Positions 1 through 12,500 of a stretch of DNA of 64,000 nucleotides are shown piece by piece. Both the position numbers and the translations under genes were made by a program. The DNA lies in contig JAQGDQ010000011.1 in the NCBI GenBank assembly GCA_030141605.1, positions 864,066 through 928,065 on the forward strand, in the 5' to 3' direction. The DNA comes from Tubiluchus corallicola (taxonomy: Eukaryota; Animalia; Priapulida). Position 1 is the first letter of the stretch, and each line of letters opens with the position of its first letter. The notes beneath the pieces were generated by a model. It did no database searches and was not told the origin of the DNA. It saw nothing but the letters and a program-made list of their open reading frames with translations.

Positions 1-104
1 TGCATGCTTATCAATATCATCATCAGGGTTTGCATAACATGAGGAATACACCGTGAGAAAGTGTCATAAGTTCATTCAGTTTTTAACCACTTAATGTATT
101 TCAG

Positions 105-774
105 GTGAGAAATCTTCAGAGTTGCATCAAGGTCGCTCAGGACTTTGTGTCGCCCGAGGGAATCGGCAACTGCTTTAAACTTACGCAAGAGTCACGGCAG
201 TTTGCTGATGTGCAAAGTCGTCATGAAGACAAATTACAGGTAATTGCTGCTTATTTTACCTGCAAATTTTTAATGAAAAATTGTTTTCTTGTTATAAGTT
301 GATTCTCGTCCAAGTGAATAAACTTTGATTTCATTGTAGCCCAAAGTGTACTGGTTATAGTAGTAGTACTAATTTATTGAAAAAAGCTGTAATTTCAGAA
401 AAGAATGCTCATAATGACGATGATGACACTTGATTCTGCACAAACAATTTAAAAATCAGCGATATTTTACTGTGTTTTAACAAATTATATTTTACACTTG
501 TTAATGCCAGTTAATACATTACTTGTTAATGTAATTTTGGACTTTGAGAGATAATTTGGCTGAAAATACGACAATTTTTAGGCTTCAATGTGATAATCAG
601 CGTCACTCAAAACGGCAACCCTGTGTTACTACACAATGTATTACTATGTCACTTAACATATGAACTACTGAAATAATCACACTGGATTTTCTATTTCAGA
701 TCAAGAATATCATATACCATGCAGTCAAGGACTCTGTGGGTGTATTGCAGCACAACGACGTCAGCGATTGCTAA
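105..774 (+). CDS. KDM3: KDM3/JMJD1-family JmjC histone demethylase, last two coding exons (5' part outside window)
   Basis: Exon 105-239 (tttcag acceptor, [45 protein letters not shown], gtaatt donor) joins in phase 0 to exon 700-774 ([24 protein letters not shown]). Matches the KDM3 C-terminal signature V.NL.SCIKVA.DFVSPE...HEDKLQ.KN.IYHAVKD. Confidence 0.9.
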
Positions 775-3103
775 TACATTTTTATCTAGTCAATATAGCA
801 GGCCTGTTAGCCGTCTGAGCAGTGGCATTGATCGAAACTGGATTCCGAGTGATTAAAACCATTTCAGCGGGTGTTGCCACATTAAACGTGAATTTCCCTA
901 TTACTAGTTGCACCGGCATTCCGAGAGTCATTTTAATCATTATATAAAATAATTTATGCCGAATCAAAGATTTGCAGATTGCAAGACTTTTGTTGCACTT
1001 GAGGTAGCGAAACTAACTACACACTTTGTGCTTTTAAACATCGTCGTTACAACTACAGTAAAAATGATTATTTTGAAGCATGCGGATGTTGCCTTCATTT
1101 TCATAGCACCATCCCTTAGCATCTATAACACCTTAACACTGGTAGCTAGTCGTATTAGTTGTGTGTAAATAAGAGATGTCATGATTATTGTATCATTTGG
1201 GAAGATTATCATTTATCATTAAAATAAGAGGCATTTGCTTTTAGCAAGTCCTGTCGCTTGTTCTAGTGGATCACTAAGAAAGTCGATGATAATAACTGAT
1301 CATATTACGATGTTGTGTAAATAGGTTATTAATATCGTTGCCCTTCGTAATATTTAACTAACATATATCCACGCTGTAGGTAAAATCAGTTTGCACTTGT
1401 AAACTTATTGATTTTCAGCCATTTCATCGTAACTGCGAACGAAATGGAGAATATGCTCCTATTCTAGACTTTGTGTTCACATTTAAGTTACGCTCGAACA
1501 CATTTGCAAAAACCTAAAAAGAGTTGCAAAACGTTGGTACCGGATTGTACATAAAATAATTATGTTGTTGTGATTGTAATTTGTTGCTTTTATTATTATT
1601 GCTGTTGTTAGAGCATCATCGTCATCATTAACGTGTATAAATTGTTGTGCATATAAGTGAAGTTACGGGGCCAGATATAAATAAATAACGGTCAAGTGCG
1701 CATGCATGACACGTGTAACGTCATTATGAATTTTTTTGTAGTTGATATTTTTTGTTTATCTATTCATTATAATAATTGTGTAAGTCTATTGTAATATAGG
1801 TGGTGTTTCCTTTAATATCTTGTGTGCTGCTAATGCCACAGCAACTTAGTCCTTCAAACTACGTGTCAGAGTATTCTATTATTATTATAATACTTATTTA
1901 GAGAGCAACTTGCCATGTAACAAATACCCTTTGCATTAATTACGTTCTTTAAATCTTTAATTGTAAATGTATATATACTCTTTAATAGCAATATTTTTAT
2001 ATACGAGTGCAAATGGTGGTTGCATTTGTATGAAGGCCACTGTTAATACTATATTATAAATGAGAGTAATTATTACCTAACCAGCAAGCGATCTTCGTAT
2101 GCGTGAAATCTGTAATTAGACGTTTAGCGAATTCTAAATGTTCTGAAATTTAATTGAAAATAAAGTGAATGTATAAACGTGCAATTTGACCTTGTTCTGT
2201 CATTGTTTAATGATTTTTTCTAATCGTTTAGTCTTGCACTTGCATAATGTACAGATGGAAGCGCTCTTGGTGGCAGTTTGAAGAAAATGTTGCAACAGGA
2301 AGTTATTCAAGTTTGCTAAACTATGTAACTAGAATTCACTATAATATAACACGAAATCTAATGAAGAGTGACAGTCCTGAAAAACTCGAAAAGGAAAAGA
2401 GACACCAAAAGGTGGTAGTAACACGTAGTAGCAGTAGTAGGTATTTAAGTTATAATTGGTCAGTGGTTGAAAAATCACTGCTGCAACTTTAACAAATTTT
2501 GTGAAATCGACTGACAGTGAGATGGCTAACAGCGCCGGATTATTTTATTTTTGTATCTAGAATCAAAAGTGTCCCAAGTTATCTCATTAAAAAGGTCGAA
2601 TTGATATACTGTGTATACACTTGTGATAAACAGGGCGGCAAATCAAATCAAATTTATTATCACTACTGAACAACAATTCACATCAATAACTTGTACAGCT
2701 TAATTGATTAACGCATGTTCTAATCACGAGAATTTGAGAATCGCGTTGTTTATGTATGTTTTAGGGGAGGTAAGGCTACGCAGAGGGCAGGTCAAATTCA
2801 AATTTTAGTACGTAGTAACAACTGGTGGTAAAACAAGACAATGACAGTTAACAATGTATAAAAATGATAATGTTAGTAGGTTGGTGAGTTATTCCATTGC
2901 AAATATGCAGTTAGGTGTAACAACTTGAGAATGTAAATTACAAAAATAAATCAAAACATACTGTTTGGATCCATTAATCTAGACTGGCAGAAATAAGTGT
3001 ACAGTATATAGCCTACATATTGTGCGATCTTTATACCGATGCTACTAAAGAGAGAGAGGAATTTCCTCAAGATGAGATATCTATACAACCGAATAGCCTA
3101 AAT

Positions 3104-3774
3104 TGGGGGTTCTCAACCTGTGGTTCGCAAATCCCTAGGGGTTCACAAAACAATTTATAGGGGTTTTGATAACTACCAAAATGGTACTGTAATAGTTACA
3201 CATCTTAAATTTGCTAAAGAGAGAGGAAACCGAGGTAAGGCCACCCAATGTAGTCTACAGAAAGAGAAAATAACTGTTGCAGATGTGTGTGCTTGGTTTA
3301 TGACTTCACACTCAAACAACAGATCTAAATGGTTCCTAATTACAGCAATGACTGTTTTTGCATATCTGTGTATAGGCCTACTGATCAGGTTTTGTCTATA
3401 GTGTAGTTTCCGTGTGTGTGTGTTTGTATGGAAATATTCGTCATTGAAGCTGCGATTCAAATTTTCAGTGTTGGGTGTTTGATGATTACAATCAAGTAGC
3501 TTCATCAGCTGATACGTGTAGTTATATAAGCTTAGTTACAGCCATACTGTTTTATAACAGCTCCTTTTTGTTTACATAGGCATGTAACTTTATGACATCA
3601 AAGCTTTAACTTCTGAATAAAGTCATTAAAATTTGAAGCATTTGAAATCCATTGCGATGCCATTGTACATTTAATTAGTCTTAATATAATACTATACAGA
3701 ATTGATTCTCTGTATTGAGTAAATTCCGATGGTCAGATGATACTGGAGTTGTCTAAAAAAGGTTGAAAATCCCG
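3104..3774. mobile_element. hAT (Charlie-like) MITE
   Basis: Degenerate TIRs tgggggttctcaacct / aggttgaaaatcccg (Charlie-type CAGGGGTTCTCAACCT); 8-bp flanks gcctaaat / atctaaat (6/8). Confidence 0.65.
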
Positions 3775-4018
3775 ATCTAAATGATTGTGAATGATATTCT
3801 GAATAAATTGCATTTAATAATATTTTACAGAAAACTCCTTTCCATGAAATTATGTATGTATGTGTCCAAATTTTAATTGCCTTAATCTAATAAAAATAAA
3901 TCTAAAATCTTAATACAACTTTGTGCGTTATATGTACCATTACAGCAAAAATGTACTTTCATGATTTCCGATTAAAAATGGTAATAAAATGCGGTAGACC
4001 AGGACAGACATATCCATG

Positions 4019-4894
4019 TTAATCGTCATAAGCTTGGTAGGGATTAGCTGAGAAAGGATGCATCCCTGTTTTCCCATTATCATCATCGGTAAAATCTAGA
4101 GGTTCTTTTGGTTCCAGGTTCTCTCCATATTGTATAGCATTATCAATGACAGCCAGTACACTAGCAATGCATTCTTCATCCCTGATGTCCAAAGGCAGAA
4201 AACGAACTAAACCATAATCCTCAATCAATCTACCAATGGCGCTGCTCAGCTTTTTGAATCGATCGCTCCACTGCGCTCGACCTTCCTGCTCGATATCGTA
4301 CTGCAACAGCTCCATGTCGGGGTCTAAAAACTTCTCAATTTTTCTCTGTGTCCGCTTGTCCAAAAGATCCATTTTGCTGAGGACATTGACCTGTGGAATT
4401 TCGAGGTTCACCATGGTGGACAGAGTGACGAGAACTCCAGAAAAGTATTTGGTAGTTTCAATCAGAAACTGCGAGTCAAGAAGGAATACACCACACACAT
4501 AGAAGTTCCAATCTCTCAGAGTTTCAACGAGTTGTTTCATCACCGGCACGTGTGTGTACAACTCAATCTGTCCCGGACAATCGAAAAGAATATAATCGTC
4601 TTCAATGTCACTTATCTCTTCTTTAAGCCAATCAAAATTCCTTGCGAGAAATTCCATACAAAACACAAGGCCGCCGTTTGGTCCAAAGTTCAGTTCCTTG
4701 TCCTCCATGGCATCGTCTAAATGTATGAGGTTTCTAACATCAACAAGAGCACTGTAATCAAACTGTTCTGCAGCGGGATCTAGATTCACGACATGTATCA
4801 TTCGTTTGATAGCCTCACCATGCTTTTGTACAACATTGCAATACGTGGATTTTCCAGACCCGGCCGGTCCCATAACTAGCTGCGCGTAACGCAT
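4019..4894 (-). CDS. GPN3: GPN-loop GTPase 3, intronless CDS, 291 aa
   Basis: [20 protein letters not shown]-loop, NLDPA, GPNGGL (GPN loop), [26 protein letters not shown]; single uninterrupted ORF. Confidence 0.96.
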   Translation of the reverse strand: MRYAQLVMGPAGSGKSTYCNVVQKHGEAIKRMIHVVNLDPAAEQFDYSALVDVRNLIHLDDAMEDKELNFGPNGGLVFCMEFLARNFDWLKEEISDIEDDYILFDCPGQIELYTHVPVMKQLVETLRDWNFYVCGVFLLDSQFLIETTKYFSGVLVTLSTMVNLEIPQVNVLSKMDLLDKRTQRKIEKFLDPDMELLQYDIEQEGRAQWSDRFKKLSSAIGRLIEDYGLVRFLPLDIRDEECIASVLAVIDNAIQYGENLEPKEPLDFTDDDNGKTGMHPFSANPYQAYDD

Positions 4895-6391
4895 TTTATC
4901 ACAGTTTCAAATTCGCACAAAAGTCCAGACTATCCGGGGTGACTTGAACAGTTGTTTAAAACAATGCCTCTTTTCCAGAGATACCTGTAAATGAAGACGT
5001 CCTTTCACTATTCAGTTGTGCAAAATTACAGCTACACCGTACTTTGGAAAACAGTTTAGTGTAAAACAGTCCAATTACTAAAAAGTAAATCATTTTTGGC
5101 TTTTAAAGGTAAACCGTTAGTATTCTCCGTGAATGGTTTATCAAGTTATATCTTGTAATAGGTTGTACAATTATTAGTTATTAATTATACTGTAAGCAGT
5201 ATACTATAAAAGCCAATGAGTACATGTATTACTAAATGAAATTTTTGAAAAAACAGCAAGGCAAGATAGATCTTTAGCCATTACTGCCTCCTAGTGAACA
5301 GTAACTGAAGCAAGTTGCAATAATCAAATCTACACTGACGCAACAGTTACTGTACTATTACATATGCAAATTTCAAGAATTGGCAACATCAAGTATGAAT
5401 CAGTAAAGCAAATTTTTTTTACTAAAACCAGTGAAACAGATATTGTAACAGTAGATCTACTTCAAACCAAAATCACTGACATGTACGCATTGATTAGATA
5501 CTATTAAATAGGTCATAAAAATTAACTGAACCAGTATTTATTCACAAAAAAGGGTTTACAACATTTGTGTTGGTGCTGTGCTGATTTATGACTACTACAG
5601 CAAACTGGTATAGCTGAGAGGGTGACCTACCTTAGAACAGTTTATTAGGATAAAGCATGCCTTTCCTAAGTAAAATGAAATCGTAGAGTAATTTCCACAG
5701 CATTAGTATCATCTACATAACATTTACATTGCACAACGGAAATACCTCAACACTCATCAAGGAAAAACATTTGATAATGTTTAAAAGTTTTTCGTGAAAA
5801 TGACCATCATAACACAGATTCTTCAATATATAGGCTAGCAGCAACAACAAATGTTCTGCTCTTCGATTTTTTCAGAACAAATAAGGTCAATACACATATT
5901 TATATATTTTACAATACATATAAGCCACATCAAATTGTTCCATAGAAACAATGTATTAAGGCTACATTAAATATTACCGGTCTTATATATCTTTCAGTTT
6001 TAAATAGTTCAAATATGCACATCTTATTAAATTAATTGCAATGAAATATTGAAATAAGTGAGGCAGTCATAGTTTATACAATAAATTAAAACCCGATTAA
6101 TTTGTCACAGAGTATTTCTATAAAATTTCTGCTAAACTACATACACATGAACGTAACCCGGTACATATTATTTGTCACAACAAATGTATGCATTTACTGG
6201 ACAATTTTTGAAATGCGAAATTCACATAGTACAAACATTTTTACAATGTTCGAAAGGCAACAGAAAAACACACAGTCGTATTGCCAAGCTCATTTATAGC
6301 AACATAAGGTAAAGTACATATTTATACACGTGACTGCTGCTTGAAAACAACACCCTGTAGTCCATATTTATTGATAATAGCATAGCATTGA

Positions 6392-8800
6392 CTATATTCG
6401 CTTATACATGTACAGATATCCAAAAGCTTTTGGTGGTTTTTCTGACGCTGCCACTTTTTCGTCATTGTATATGACCCATTTACCATTCTTTAGTATGTGA
6501 CAAACATAGTGACCACAGAGAGTTGAAGACCCCATGTGGCTTACAAAAGCACACAATTGGTAGTTCCCATTTCCGTTTCTATACTGCCCTCGTGGCGGTG
6601 CACCCAAAGGTGGTGTTTCATCATCCAACTCACTAGCATGACTGAATATCCAATCAGCAGCTCGTTCAATGTTATTATCTGTTGCTTTCAATGCTCTGAC
6701 AGCCTGTTCTTTTGTGAATCCCATCGACATTATCATGCTTGTCGCTTCTTCATTGGGCGTAAAATCAGAGAGGTTACTGTGTTTAGGAAGTTGCAGTGGC
6801 TGAGCAAAATCCGGGTCATCCATATGCTCCATAACCCACTGCATGGCAGCTTCCACCCCTTGATTTGATGTTTGGTAAACTGCCTTTTTACAGGCCTCTA
6901 AAGGAAAACCCATCTCTGCTAACTGGCTAACAATGGCTTCATCTATATTTATAATGGCTTCCTGAATGTCAGAAGGTGCATCTTCTGGTAATTCTTCTTC
7001 GCCAGGCTGCTTTCCACGACCTTTGAACATGCTCAGGTCCAACATTGTTGGCATATCAACTTCAACGTCTAACTTCTTCGGAACCCAGTCAGCGCCGATG
7101 GCAAATTTCTTCAGCTGTATCATTAGGTAATCAGGAAATGAAGCCATGCGTGTCATCTTCAAGGCTACTGATTTTGCATTTAGAGCTGTGCTGTAGAAAT
7201 CTTCGATTGTAGCTGGTGCAGCAGCAGCCTGAATACAGGCCTCATATGGAACATGTGCCCTCACTAATGCGTCTGATGACAATGTTTCTCCATTAATGTC
7301 AGCAGAAGCCCTTTTCTTCTCGTACTCACTTACTGCTTCTTTATTTGTGGCACATTCCAATGGAATTGGCAATGGTAATAAGTACTCAGATCTATACGTA
7401 TATCTAACTTTACCTGACTGCACACACTGAATACGCTCTTCCACCTCAAATTTAAATGCTTCGCAAGGATTTATCATATTTCTATTGTTTCTTTCAACCA
7501 TGTTGAGGATGTGCAAGAAAAATTCTTGAGCATCTTGCTGTCTTTTGGTAGAAAACTCTGGATGCCCTTTGCCGATGAGCAATTTAAATCGAGATGGGCG
7601 AATGCCTACTCGAACCGGTTCTTCATCTCTATCACTTTCGGGTGGAGGCTTAGAGTAATCTCCAGATTCCAGTCCGTAACCTAGCTTTGTTAACTGAACA
7701 TTAAAATCTTCTGTTGGATTTAATGGTGCACTCTCAAAGATCTCATTAGCTGGAGTTACATATCGGTCTATAAAATCTGGAACAGCAAACAAAGTCTGCA
7801 TAACAGAATTCATGTAACAACTGTTTCCTAAATTAACCATGCCAGTATAGCCTGGACCATACAGAGGCACAAGTGTAGCGCCAGTTTCTTGTATAGTAGC
7901 CCATTCGCCTACTTTCTGGTTCAATGCAACCTCTAGCTCAATCATGGTTTTGTCGGTTTTTTCCATTTGAGCAATATTAATGCCGAAATGTGCCAAGTGT
8001 TCTGCTAAATGAGGATCTTCAACCATATCATCTTCATCGTACGAATAAACATCAGCACTGCTTGCTGTGATTGTTCCGAGTTTAACGGCAAGAGGAAATT
8101 TTGTTTTCTGATAATGCTCAACAGCGTGATTATTACCTCCAGTCCCATCAAAATATCTTCTACCACACAAAATTACACCATCTGTTAAGTTTAACCACAA
8201 GTTGCTTGTTAGATCACAGTATGCACACTTCCATCCACTTGGTGGCACTTTAACGCCATTGTCAAGTTGCAGTAGTGTGTTTGCATGCTTAGAAATAAAT
8301 CTCTTTTCCCCATCCCATGTGCCTTCCATGGCTGCAACCTCAGCTATCTTGCCCGCTGAATCAGCAGCTAGAATGCACATAGCAGACGATTGTACTTCCT
8401 TGGGCAGAGAATCATCCGACAAGGAAAATACTTTAAATTCTGGGAGTACAACGACAGAATTGTTGTCTTGGTACTCGTATTTGTTTCCACCGTCAGCATC
8501 AAAACCGCCCTCTAATCCTATAGCCAGTCTAGTTATTTTCTTTGGTGATTCACCCTCTTTACTTGTGTCTTTTATTAAATTCTTCGTGCGTTTTAAATGC
8601 AAGAACACTCTACATCCTGATTTGCGATAATGTAATTCTACATACTTCCTACCAAATCCCAAAAACGTATTCATGCAAACGTACAATCCGTTCTCGGATT
8701 CTGGTGTATCATAAGAAAAAACACATTCATCTTTATAAACCTTTTCTCCGGCAAACGGCGAACGAATTTTATCCAACAAACCTTCAAAGGAGGTAGCCAT
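6392..8800 (-). CDS. USP5: Ubiquitin carboxyl-terminal hydrolase 5 (isopeptidase T, USP5/USP13 family), intronless CDS, 802 aa
   Basis: N-terminal VYKDECVFSYDTPES, ZnF-UBP (WLNLTDG..LCGRRYFDGTGGNNHA), Cys box NLGNSCYMNS, QQDAQEF, two UBA domains (MGF motifs), His box SHMGSSTLCGHYVCH, YNDEKV. Catalytic motifs intact. Confidence 0.97.
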   Translation of the reverse strand: MATSFEGLLDKIRSPFAGEKVYKDECVFSYDTPESENGLYVCMNTFLGFGRKYVELHYRKSGCRVFLHLKRTKNLIKDTSKEGESPKKITRLAIGLEGGFDADGGNKYEYQDNNSVVVLPEFKVFSLSDDSLPKEVQSSAMCILAADSAGKIAEVAAMEGTWDGEKRFISKHANTLLQLDNGVKVPPSGWKCAYCDLTSNLWLNLTDGVILCGRRYFDGTGGNNHAVEHYQKTKFPLAVKLGTITASSADVYSYDEDDMVEDPHLAEHLAHFGINIAQMEKTDKTMIELEVALNQKVGEWATIQETGATLVPLYGPGYTGMVNLGNSCYMNSVMQTLFAVPDFIDRYVTPANEIFESAPLNPTEDFNVQLTKLGYGLESGDYSKPPPESDRDEEPVRVGIRPSRFKLLIGKGHPEFSTKRQQDAQEFFLHILNMVERNNRNMINPCEAFKFEVEERIQCVQSGKVRYTYRSEYLLPLPIPLECATNKEAVSEYEKKRASADINGETLSSDALVRAHVPYEACIQAAAAPATIEDFYSTALNAKSVALKMTRMASFPDYLMIQLKKFAIGADWVPKKLDVEVDMPTMLDLSMFKGRGKQPGEEELPEDAPSDIQEAIINIDEAIVSQLAEMGFPLEACKKAVYQTSNQGVEAAMQWVMEHMDDPDFAQPLQLPKHSNLSDFTPNEEATSMIMSMGFTKEQAVRALKATDNNIERAADWIFSHASELDDETPPLGAPPRGQYRNGNGNYQLCAFVSHMGSSTLCGHYVCHILKNGKWVIYNDEKVAASEKPPKAFGYLYMYKRI

Positions 8801-8801
8801 G

Positions 8802-8902
8802 CTGAAAATATGAATTGGCGAAACTGCAAAGTAAGTAAACTTGTAAGAAAGAAATTCTTTTATAGGAAAAAGTGGTTTAAAATGATTTCAAATTTCTCTT
8901 AC
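8802..8902 (-). other. Putative 101-nt 5'-UTR intron of USP5
   Basis: Minus strand: donor gtc|GTAAGA at 8902; acceptor tattttcAG|cATG one base before the start codon. Confidence 0.6.
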
Positions 8903-9538
8903 GACGGCCTCGTTGGTACTATCAGTCTGCCCACCAACGTGGTAGAGCTCGATATTTGCGGATGTAATTTTTAAGATGTAATATATTATACATATACGAT
9001 ATAACCATAACCATAGAATTTTACGGCTGAACATTCTCTATGAGTTTGTAAATATTATCTAATCGAATTTGTAACATTCGAGCTCGAATCAAACCGAATT
9101 TCGAGATTGCTAACCAAATAATGATAGTAATGATTGTAAAATATTGTTAAAATAATTATTGTTTAAGCCAACATGAACAACAAATGAAAAAAATGAATAA
9201 CAAAAACAATAACCACAACACAATAACAATGTCTGTGGTTAAGAAGTAGTTAAACCAAAGATGAAGTTTACCGCCGAGTGGTGCCACCAGTGCTAATTTT
9301 CCAAAAAGATGTTGTGCATCACCGGGTCTTGGTATTTCCGAAGTTCGCCGTAAATAACTTCACCGGGGCAGCAATTTTGGCGAACTTGGAAGCAGTTTGT
9401 GTACTGATCGTTTAATTTGCAGTTTAGTGTGTAGTGTTTGTCCTGTTAATCGCGCGTTTCCTTTGTAATCTCTTCGGTTTACTCTCCATCATCATTTTAC
9501 TTTTTTGGAAGCGAGCGTCAGCGTACATTCGTACAAAA
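8903..9538. promoter_or_regulatory. Probable bidirectional promoter between USP5 (-) and FBP (+)
   Basis: Head-to-head starts 738 bp apart (ATGs at 8800 and 9539); locally more CpG than the flanks. No TSS evidence available. Confidence 0.55.
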
Positions 9539-12500
9539 ATGGATACCGATTGCATGACGATGACGAGGTTTATATTGGCGCAGCAGAGAAAAATACCACA
9601 CGCTACTGGTGACCTTTCTCAGTTGCTGTACAGCATACAGTCTGCAGTAAAAGCTGTTTCGTCTGCTGTTCGTAAAGCAGGAATAGCTCATTTGTTAGTA
9701 TTAACTTTTCTATTCGTAATTGTATAAAGAAAAACTTCTAGCATACCTAACGTAAAACGCGATGAATAGGAACGGCGTGGTGAAGAGTGACAAAACCCAA
9801 GAAAAGTTACTGAACTTCCTACACTATTTAACATTCCAGGAATAAGTAATGTACAGTTCGTTATAAATCTACAAAGCAATGTGATGCATGTACTATCTAC
9901 CAAGGCCTATAATTTATCATTATGAATGTAGGGAGCGAGGTCGTGCACAATACGTGGACTAGCCCTAATAGTGCCTGCGGTACACGGGCTGAGCCAAGTA
10001 GCGCGAAGTGTACATGGGCAGCCCAAGTACCGCAGCAACAGAAACGGAGCTCTTAAAGCATGTTGACCTTAACTGCAGTGTCAGTTTTCCTTTTTTGATT
10101 TAATAATAATATTATAATAATAATAAATAATTAATTATATTTTAATTTTAGATTTAACAAATTAACATATCAGTGTAATTGTCATTAGGATGAGTAATAT
10201 TTGATCTCAACAGCTAATAATTTTTAATGTTATAAACTTTTTAAGGTTAAAGAGTGAAGCTGGCTCTTTTAGCCTAATTATTGGTGCTTACCTCTTCTTC
10301 AAACACTTCTTCTCTGTAATGTCTGGTAGTTCAACCATTAACTTACTTTCTAACCTGTGTTTTGTAATTATAATTATGTACTTCTGCTTGGCCCTATAAT
10401 CAGCTGATATTCCTTGTGACTTACAAGAGTAAACATCGTACAGCAAATAAGAGCAATGTAAGTGAGCAGACAATTCAAACTATTTTAGTCACGCACAGCA
10501 ACAGATTTTCAATGTTTTTATAATTACGAGAACTTTGTGGGCCAACTTCTTCGCGAGAAAATGAAGCAGCCGACTTTCAAGGAATTTTTGTAGTTTTTGC
10601 ATATAAACTGACTTAGAAAAGTCTGTGATTTAGAAAAGTGTACTTTTTAATTTATTGCTAATTCACTTATATAAATTAATATTTTAAAACATTTTTTCTA
10701 ATTTTTAACTGCACAAAGGAATTTAGATATTACTTCGTTTCTAAAATTCATTAAAAACCTTTGCAGTGCATAGTAAGCTGATGACTCAGTCATTTAATTG
10801 GGTCAAAACAAGTTGGTCCCAAAGTGAGTCTATTAATTGGCACCTACTGTATAATGAACTCAGTGCACTTGGGTAGCCTATGTACTGCACTTGTTTTGGA
10901 GACTAGAAGTGCACTACTTTGCACCCTACAATGAAGTCACCTCTGTTTGCCATGGCAATACTAACAATGCTGAAACAAATGGTAATCTAAATTTTTATGA
11001 CACAGGCCTAATTAGTGGACCAAATGTGGTTATTTTGTTGCTGGCAGTTGAATGATTTATCTTCAGTAATACCCAACGATTTTTTTCAGTTTTGAGTCAC
11101 TCTCTATTTTTTGCAAATTTTTAAACAGTTTTAAACTTAGTTTGATATAAACAATTGGGTGAATCCTGACAGCATGCCATACACCTATAAACGACTCTCT
11201 ACTGGAGAAAAATGCAAGAAAGCAACACAAGAATAATACAATAGAATGAGCAAATTTTGAGAACTACAGCCAATTCCAAAATGTTGGAAGTAGTTGTAAG
11301 ATATGGTCAATTGGAGAGAATGGCAAATTTTGATGTTTAATGAAATGCAACAGATTGTCCTGTCTAGGTTAACCAAGCTTTGTAAATTTATTCCTAGATA
11401 TCTAAGTAATTGGTTTTAAAACATGTTTTTTGAAAACTAAGTTATGTCCCTTTTCGCCTCATATAATGCCTAAATGGGCACAAGAATAAAAAATAAGGCT
11501 GTCCCTATTCACCCCAATATGCGGGGTTAATTGGAACACTGATTTTTAAATAAAAAATAATGTACATAAACAATTTTTTGTCATAAGAATAATGCCATCA
11601 AGTGATAGATTGTGTATGTATTATATAACTACCAACACAATTTAGAATGAAAGCTCAGAAAAAAGCTATGGCTGTTTGAATGTAAAAATTGTCCTTATTC
11701 CACCATTTTATGGTATCTGTAGTGTGCTGTTGTACTATGTTTGCTCTACATGGACGACTAAACGATTGCGTGGGTTTTAATGAAATTTTGCATCCGTGAG
11801 TGATACTTGGGCCACAAGCTGGAACAGCCTGGGGTGGTGGGGTGGATTCTAGGTCGCTGACAGCTTTCGTCTAAAAATACCGATTTTTAGAGATAACAAG
11901 GTTTTCCAAATAAACAGAGGGAGATATGGGGTGGCTTGCAACCCCCTCGAACTTTTAGCTAGGGTGTCTGACTACCAAATGGATTTTCCTGCAAGTAAGG
12001 ACTTTTTGGAAGCATTTAGGGTTACTTATAAAGCAGATTTTTACAGACGATCTAATGATGTCCAAGTATATATTTTTAAATTTTATTACAAAATCCTCAA
12101 ACACTAGATATAGGTTTTAGAAATTCACAACTTCATAACGTCTCAATGAGTAGTGCCAAAGGTTTCTTATAATTGCGAAAAGTGTTGAGTTATTGAGCGT
12201 TGACTAATATTAAAATTACTTCAATAGTAAGAAGGTTTCCTTGTCTGATTAATTAGTGATTATTAGGTTTACTTTATCAAACAAAGTTCGTCAATGTTAA
12301 TTTTGAGCTAATTGAGGAATTTCTGTAATTGTCTTTATTATTTTATGAACAGTTTGGCGAATTCAGTAGAGGGAGTGGCCACCCATTTTTTTACTTTTAA
12401 ATCATTCGATTTCACTGATTCGTTAAGATGCTGGGCAGGTGAGTAAGAAAGCAATTGCAAATGTGCCGAATGTGGGTGGTGACTTCATAGACTTAATTTT

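Noticed and set aside
4236-8796. Plus-strand ORFs at 4236, 4532, 6536, 8202 and 8542
   Set aside because: Antisense shadows of the GPN3 and USP5 coding sequences.
9428-9538. Hydrophobic N-terminal extension of FBP from GTG 9434
   Set aside because: No ATG; an in-frame stop at 9425; T-rich UTR readily gives hydrophobic codons; family homology starts at MDTD.
10066-10090. IRE-like hairpin aactg-CAGTGT-cagtt
   Set aside because: Lacks the bulged C and lower stem, and lies in FBP intron 1.
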